A stretch of 61,089 nt of DNA, the filler included. It is 7 parts of 7 records of this genome, joined end to end, with 100 filler letters (N's around TTAATTAATTAA, not from the genome) between each part and the next. Parts side by side here need not be neighbours in the genome. Positions count along the whole stretch, not along the records: positions 54,865 to 61,089 come from SRR31156797_16613; 6 more parts are not named here. One strand, given 5' to 3'. Position numbers and translations under genes: made by a program. Under the pieces are notes generated by a model. It had not been told where the DNA came from, ran no database searches, and saw nothing but the letters and a program-made list of their open reading frames with translations. Positions 56,584-61,089 of the stretch are shown here, piece after piece. Position 1 is the stretch's first letter; each line of letters opens with the position of its first letter.

Positions 56584-59559
56584 TTAGCGAACCAACATCA
56601 TCTTCTGCATCATCACAGCCGGTTCGCCGTCTACAACGGCAACCATGCGGCACAGATATACGCCGCTGGGCGCAGGCATGCCGCTTTCGGTTTCGCCCCA
56701 CCAGCGGACACTGTGGTTTTGGGCGTCATGATGTCCGTTTGCCAGAGATTTGATCTCTTTGCCCAGAAGATTATAGATCTTGATGCTGACGTTGGCGGCA
56801 ACGGGCAGACTGTAACGAATATCGGTATATTCCGTAAAGGGATTAGGCGTATTGGGTAACAGTTCCAATTGTTCGGGATTGGACATCAGGAAGCGATCCA
56901 CTTCTTTAACATAGATCGGCAAATAATACACGATCATATCGTGCCCGTCGGTCACCCTGATGCTTACGGCATCTTCACCGTATTTATAATTCTCTGTATA
57001 AAAAATAATGCCGCCGAGCTTATCATCGATCATTGAACGCACGTTGCGGCCGGGCGTTACCTCCCAAACCAGGTCCTTGATCTTGTTGTCAACATCATAG
57101 ACAATATCCTCAAAGAACAGTGTATCTGATCCGTTGGCTTTGAAAGAGATCGAATCCGGCAAGCCCATGGTAAAATAGGGAGGATCGTTCACGGAGTTGA
57201 CCGGAATAGTCCAGGTTTTCTTTACCTTTGCTTTTCCGTCCGTTGCGGTAAATTCAAATTTATCTTTTCCGTACCAGTCTTCCAGAGGCCAGATCACGAT
57301 GGTATCTTCCTTTTCTTCAAGATAGAAATTATCCCCGGCTTCATAGCTGATCTTGATCTCATCGCCTTCATCGGGATCGTAAACAAAACTTTTCAGGTAA
57401 GACATGGGCAGGACCATGGAGCCGTCTTCCATGATGGATGTATCGGGCAATGCTTTCCAGCGGGGCGCATCGTTCACGGCTTTGATCTTGATATCCATGT
57501 AGCCCGTATCGCGCAAACCGCCGTCGTAAACGATCACGCCGATCTGTGTGTCCCCGTTCCAATCACGTCCCGGAGTGAGCGTAATACCGTTCTTTCGCTG
57601 TTTGACCTTCATATTCGAATTGGGGATATAGGCCCACATCAGATCACTTTTCTTTGTCTCGATATCATGTGCCAGATCTTCAAAATAGCTCATGTCGATC
57701 CCCAGCGTATCGTCTTCATTCCAGCTTCTGGCTTCCGGCTTCTGAATAGTGGGTTTATCATTTACGGAGAGGACCCTTAAAGGATAAGAAATGGTATCAC
57801 CGAATTCGCCGTCATGAATGGCGATCTTCATGGGGACATTTCCGAACCAATTGGGATCGGCGAAGAGCTTGTAATCCAAGTCATTTTCCACCAGCTCAAG
57901 AGCTGCATCCGGCATCAGTTTCCATGCCAGGTCCTGGGCTGCGGTTTCTTCATCGTGCACCAATTTATACAGATCATGTTTTGAAATGCGAAGTGTGTCA
58001 TCTTCAAGGAAGGATCGTCCTGCGCCTTTTTTATGAAATACCGGTGCATCGTTCACCGGCAAAACATGAACGGTCCAGATGCGGCTGGCAGTCAATTCGC
58101 CGTCACTCACGGTCAGCTCCAGTGAGTCTGTTCCAAACCAGTTCGGCGAGGCTGTGCAACGGATCTGCGCTCCATTATAAAATGCGCGAACTTTTCCAAA
58201 TCGCTTGACCTGCCATTTCAGTTGAGAGGCGTCTGTTTCAATATCAAATGCGAATCTTTCAAGATCCCTTTTCTGTATGTAAATGGTTTCGTCTTCATTG
58301 AAAAGCGTATCCGGCAAGCTGGCCAATTCAGGCGCATCGTTCACGGGCGTTACAACAATGGACCAAAAGATCGTGTCCTTTAATTCTCCGTCGCTCACAA
58401 CCAACATCAGGTCTTCGCTGCCGAACCAGTTTTTCTCAGCCAGCATGGTGATCTTGCCACCTTCTGCAGAGATGGCGATATGCTCGCTGGAGAACACATG
58501 AAAGCGCAGCAGTGAATCCGCTGTTTCTATATCGTTGACGTGATCGGTAAATAATGATAAAGGCAGCTGCTTGAACTCATCTTCAGGAAAGGCCTGCTCC
58601 GTTATCTGCGTCCACTGGGGCGCATCGTTCAAGGGCTGTATACGTAGTTTCATGAGCAAGGTATCACTCAGCTCACCATCGCTTACCACGAATGTCAAGC
58701 TGTCATCACCGTACCAATTTGCCGGCGGACGATAGCTGAAAATACTGTCGTTGATCGTTAATTCTTTTCTGTCCCCGATGGGATAAATGCTCAGCACATC
58801 TCCGCTGTCAACATCGCTTGCCAGAGTTAGAAGCGAGTCCGCAAAAATATCCAGGGATCCGTCCTCATCCAAAATTACGATGCCCGGCAAAACGTCAATG
58901 ACCGGAGCGTCGTTCACGGGCATAACCAGTACCGGACAATGCAGGGTATCACGGTAACTTTCTTTTTCGTATGCAATGCTCAGATCGGCCGAACCGTGCC
59001 AGTTGCTTTCGGGAATGATCTTTACACCGGTCTTTTCAGACAGCAGCTTGATCTTGTCCGTATCGATCTGTGGAAAATATTTTATGTTCGCGCTGTCCGA
59101 ATAATTGCTGTATTCAAAAAATGCTTCACCATCCTCGCTGACCGGGATCATGTGCGCTGATAATAATTTCATGGCTGTATTTTTATAAAGCAGAAGTCCA
59201 CCGCCTGCCAATCCGGTGTTCTGTAAAATATCCGGAATGCCGTCCCCCGTTACATCATGGACCGCGATCTTGCCGGATTCTTTAGATAAGATGATCTCGC
59301 GCGAACTGCTGTCGCCCGCCCAAAAAGAAATATGCAATCCGTCCTTGCGGGAAAGTTTATCCGCATGGCCGTCCAAATCCATATCGATCTCGGCCGTATC
59401 GGCAAAAACGATGGCTTCATTTGCGCGGATCTCTTTGCGATCGTCGCCCTCCAGGTGCACGGCTTGAAGAAAAACGCCCGCCATGTGCGTCCTTTGCGCA
59501 GAAGCCACAGCTGTCAACGCGAAAAGCACAAGCATGATAAATAGGATATTTCGTTTCAT
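56584..59559 (-). CDS. Secreted cadherin-like/Ig (tandem-95-type) repeat protein with a C-terminal FlgD-Ig/T9SS-like domain
   Basis: Signal peptide MKRNILF...ASA; seven (V/L)ND(A/K/P)P linkers about 95 aa apart with NWxG and DG motifs; C-terminal NTPNPF...IYNLLG...PSGVY...KMMLVR. Confidence 0.88.
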   Translation of the reverse strand: MKRNILFIMLVLFALTAVASAQRTHMAGVFLQAVHLEGDDRKEIRANEAIVFADTAEIDMDLDGHADKLSRKDGLHISFWAGDSSSREIILSKESGKIAVHDVTGDGIPDILQNTGLAGGGLLLYKNTAMKLLSAHMIPVSEDGEAFFEYSNYSDSANIKYFPQIDTDKIKLLSEKTGVKIIPESNWHGSADLSIAYEKESYRDTLHCPVLVMPVNDAPVIDVLPGIVILDEDGSLDIFADSLLTLASDVDSGDVLSIYPIGDRKELTINDSIFSYRPPANWYGDDSLTFVVSDGELSDTLLMKLRIQPLNDAPQWTQITEQAFPEDEFKQLPLSLFTDHVNDIETADSLLRFHVFSSEHIAISAEGGKITMLAEKNWFGSEDLMLVVSDGELKDTIFWSIVVTPVNDAPELASLPDTLFNEDETIYIQKRDLERFAFDIETDASQLKWQVKRFGKVRAFYNGAQIRCTASPNWFGTDSLELTVSDGELTASRIWTVHVLPVNDAPVFHKKGAGRSFLEDDTLRISKHDLYKLVHDEETAAQDLAWKLMPDAALELVENDLDYKLFADPNWFGNVPMKIAIHDGEFGDTISYPLRVLSVNDKPTIQKPEARSWNEDDTLGIDMSYFEDLAHDIETKKSDLMWAYIPNSNMKVKQRKNGITLTPGRDWNGDTQIGVIVYDGGLRDTGYMDIKIKAVNDAPRWKALPDTSIMEDGSMVLPMSYLKSFVYDPDEGDEIKISYEAGDNFYLEEKEDTIVIWPLEDWYGKDKFEFTATDGKAKVKKTWTIPVNSVNDPPYFTMGLPDSISFKANGSDTLFFEDIVYDVDNKIKDLVWEVTPGRNVRSMIDDKLGGIIFYTENYKYGEDAVSIRVTDGHDMIVYYLPIYVKEVDRFLMSNPEQLELLPNTPNPFTEYTDIRYSLPVAANVSIKIYNLLGKEIKSLANGHHDAQNHSVRWWGETESGMPAPSGVYLCRMVAVVDGEPAVMMQKMMLVR

Positions 59560-59688
59560 TTTGCCACACATTTCCGGGTTCAGGTCAGACCGTTAAATGT
59601 AATTTTTATTGTTAAGTTGCACAATTTATTTTTTAGGAAAGAATACTTCACACAGAGGTACGTAAAAGGATCAAGGCACAAAAAGATA

Positions 59689-59905
59689 CCCCGAGCTTGT
59701 CGAGGGGTAGAGCAAAGATGACCCGGGGTGAAACCCCGGGGATATGTAACCCCAACACCCAACCCCGAACAAAGTTGAGGGGTTGAGCTTTCCAATTTTA
59801 ATTCATAAGTAAAATATGTTCAACCCTTCGACTACGCTCAGGGTTGATATGTATTGGTGCCTTTAACCCAGGGTTTCACCCCGGGTCAACTTTGGTTTAC
59901 CCTTC
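59689..59905. repeat. Nested REPIN-like element with about 39-bp imperfect inverted ends
   Basis: 59702-59740 matches the reverse complement of 59867-59905 at 34/39 positions by hand alignment; inner CAACCC...GGGTTG hairpin pair. Confidence 0.75.
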
Positions 59906-60026
59906 CATCCGTCATGGTAATTGTTTCAACACAGAGCGGAATATTCCCTTCATTCCGGGGTCACACTCCAGACTCTTCACCCCAGGTTTCGACTCCAGAC
60001 CCCGGATTTTCCAATACATAAAAAAA

Positions 60027-60050
60027 GGAACAGGCATGCCTGTTCCCTAC
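60027..60050 (-). repeat. GTAG-type REP-like hairpin, likely also the dksA terminator
   Basis: Minus strand GTAGGGAACAGGCATGCCTGTTCC followed by a T run. Confidence 0.65.
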
Positions 60051-60060
60051 ATTATTTTTA

Positions 60061-60090
60061 CCAGTTACTAGTTACCAGTCACTAGTCACT
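60061..60090 (-). repeat. Heptamer tandem repeat (A/G)GT(G/A)ACT x4
   Basis: Minus strand AGTGACT AGTGACT GGTAACT AGTAACT, starting at the stop codon of the DksA-like gene. Confidence 0.8.
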
Positions 60091-60482
60091 TATACTATCT
60101 TTGATTTACATTTTACACAATGCGTGGTGTGCGGTACTTCTTCCAGACGTTCATCCGGGATGCGGTCGCCGCATTCTTTGCAGTAACCGAAATCGGCATC
60201 AGACTCAAGGCGATCCAGAGCCTTGTCAAGGAAGGTCAGGAATTTGTTTTCCCTCGCGTACTGCATGAACGCTTTTTCACGTTCCTGTGCATCGGTTCCG
60301 ACATCCGCCATGTGGTAGGCATAGTTTGAATCCAACTGTGAGCTGCCCGGCGAAGAGTCAATAAAGGATTCGCGTTTGGTCTCGATCTGAGCAATGGCTT
60401 CTTCGCGTTTCTTCAAGATAACCTTCTTGAAATGATTGCGCTGGGCTTTGGTCAGTTTGGGGCCTTTGCGTTTGACTTCCAT
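60090..60482 (-). CDS. TraR/DksA family C4 zinc-finger protein
   Basis: Coiled coil with HMADVGTD tip; CKEC...IPDERLEEVP...CVKC. Confidence 0.9.
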   Translation of the reverse strand: MEVKRKGPKLTKAQRNHFKKVILKKREEAIAQIETKRESFIDSSPGSSQLDSNYAYHMADVGTDAQEREKAFMQYARENKFLTFLDKALDRLESDADFGYCKECGDRIPDERLEEVPHTTHCVKCKSKIV

Positions 60483-60499
60483 TTTTCTTCCTTTTAGAA

Positions 60500-61087
60500 T
60501 TATTTTATGCGAATAATATTAAGAATTATTGCGTCATTTCCAACTTTTATTTCTTTGCTTGCGTCGTAATTTTCGGCGCCTTTTTCAAGAAGCTTTGCAA
60601 GTGTCTCTGTTTCAAGATATTCCACGTGTGCACTTACAGCAGCCATGACAGCATCATCTGCTTCGATAAACAGCTCAATGCGGTCATCCACGTTAAAATC
60701 GGCTTCTTTACGTAAAGTTTGAATGTGGCGAACCAGGTCACGAACCAAGCCTTCCTGCTTCAATTCTTCAGTCAAGGTGACATCCAAAATTGCCACGTAA
60801 CCTTTATCTTCAACTGCGACCACACCCTCTTTTTCGTTGACGACGATGTTGATGTCTTCGGGTGCTACATTGATACCGGCCACGGCGATCGCTTGTCCGC
60901 TTTGGACCTGCGCAGCCACAACGGCACCGTCCATGTCTTTCAGTCCTTTGACGATGAGCGGCATGTCTTTGCCGACCTTCTTGCCAAGGGTGACGAAATT
61001 GGGTTTGGCATCGTAGCTGACGTAGTCATCAATTGCGTCGATCAAGGTCACAGCTTTGATGTTCAGCTCTTCTTTGATCTGATCGGC
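60500..61087 (-). CDS. ileS: Isoleucine-tRNA ligase, C-terminal part (IleRS type 2-like; 5'-truncated)
   Basis: IKEELNIK, KPNF..LG, LDVTLTEELKQEGLVRDLVRHIQTLRKEADFNVDDRI. Confidence 0.9.
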   Translation of the reverse strand, partial: ADQIKEELNIKAVTLIDAIDDYVSYDAKPNFVTLGKKVGKDMPLIVKGLKDMDGAVVAAQVQSGQAIAVAGINVAPEDINIVVNEKEGVVAVEDKGYVAILDVTLTEELKQEGLVRDLVRHIQTLRKEADFNVDDRIELFIEADDAVMAAVSAHVEYLETETLAKLLEKGAENYDASKEIKVGNDAIILNIIRIK

Positions 61088-61089
61088 CA

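Noticed and set aside
59955-60005. ACTCCAGAC direct repeat pair
   Set aside because: Only two 9-bp copies with no clear structure; too weak to call.

Overview
This window is not one locus. It is seven assembled contigs joined by artificial 100-nt N spacers that carry TTAATTAATTAA: 1-8111, 8212-25441, 25542-35776, 35877-41404, 41505-49157, 49258-54764 and 54865-61089. Gene content and base composition point to several anaerobic organisms; these taxonomic calls are inference. Contig 1 is Desulfobacterales-like (DUF3124, yqiJ/flotillin, two TonB-dependent receptors, an exported split-barrel protein). Contig 2 is Desulfovibrionales-like (dnaB, paaK, thrC, tlyA, ECF AT module, fadL-like porin, DUF4198 with a NikR-type box, SRP RNA, hybrid kinase, tRNA-Ser). 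Contigs 3 and 6 are GC-rich and spirochaete-like (hydrogenase NuoE/F-like subunits, PfkB, NifS-like, HD-GYP, ppk2, ferritin; EamA-acyltransferase-DUF6320, OmpA). Contig 4 carries tig-clpP-clpX-lon-tRNA-Val. Contigs 5 and 7 are FCB/Marinimicrobia-like (PEPCK, aminotransferase, short asparaginase, two large secreted repeat proteins, dksA-like, ileS, many REP-like palindromes). The best candidate for an undescribed system is the exported PNPOx-like split-barrel protein with an ApbE-type flavinylation motif (DGISGAS), encoded with two TonB-dependent receptors. Other leads are an Asn-to-Asp-to-OAA-to-PEP cluster, a family of GTAG-REP hairpins paired with heptamer tracts, nested REPIN-like elements and a switch-like 5' leader. 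No CRISPR array, transposase, integrase or prophage gene was seen.
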